From the NCBI GenBank assembly GCA_964016885.1, contig OZ024742.1, positions 70,308,001-70,372,000 on the forward strand: a stretch of 64,000 bases of DNA. The letters are read 5' to 3'. The DNA comes from Eledone cirrhosa (taxonomy: Eukaryota). This document shows, one piece after another, positions 63,733 through 64,000 of this stretch (positions within the stretch are counted from its first letter, which is position 1; each line of letters starts with the position of its first letter). Under the pieces are notes generated by a model. It did not search any database and had not been told where the DNA came from. It worked only from the letters and a program-made list of their open reading frames with translations. Both the position numbers and the translations under genes were made by a program.

Positions 63733-64000
63733 AAAATATCCTTCTTTAGATGGGTTAAGAATGAAGAGTGAAATAGTACACTGGATCTCCCTGCAACAAG
63801 TCTTAACACCCCGGCGGGCAGGCGCAGCAAAATAACACCCAGAAAACAATCCTTGCATACCAGACCCAGCCTCAGACAAACGGAAAAAAAAAAAAAAAAA
63901 AAAAAAATTTTTCCGGGAAAGACTGCCCTAACACCGGCCAGAGTTACCTCCCTTGACCTGCTGCAAATTCAAAACAAGATATTTTTGCGAGCAATGAATC

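Overview
AT-rich, repeat-dense eukaryotic DNA. The SINE/LINE repertoire and (CAT)n/(TA)n microsatellites point to a coleoid cephalopod such as Octopus (inference). Two convergent intron-rich genes were reconstructed by hand from GT-AG sites. (1) On +, 16 phase-consistent exons (about 1044-48305, about 715 codons, 5' end probably upstream of the window) encode a long disordered protein ending in a Cor1/SYCP3-like coiled coil. The best call is a meiotic axis protein of SYCP2 type. It contains a 10x24-bp coding minisatellite. (2) On -, the last 5 exons of RB1CC1/FIP200 (Claw domain) end in a 60-aa Ser/Thr tail. The two stop codons are only 407 bp apart. The introns hold many RTE-clade LINEs, including families with a PHD finger inside the RT domain and a covarying pseudoknot/hairpin module in either the 5' or the 3' UTR. 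They also hold an Expander/Rex3-like LINE, a CR1 fragment, a CsRN1-lineage Gypsy nested in a Tigger remnant, a 5'-inverted Penelope with a minimal hammerhead, Tc1 remnants, TTAA MITEs and tRNA-SINEs. A strand-polarised TA/CA satellite (52.7-63.7 kb) has been hit by repeated young insertions. All homology calls are from recalled motifs; no searches were run.
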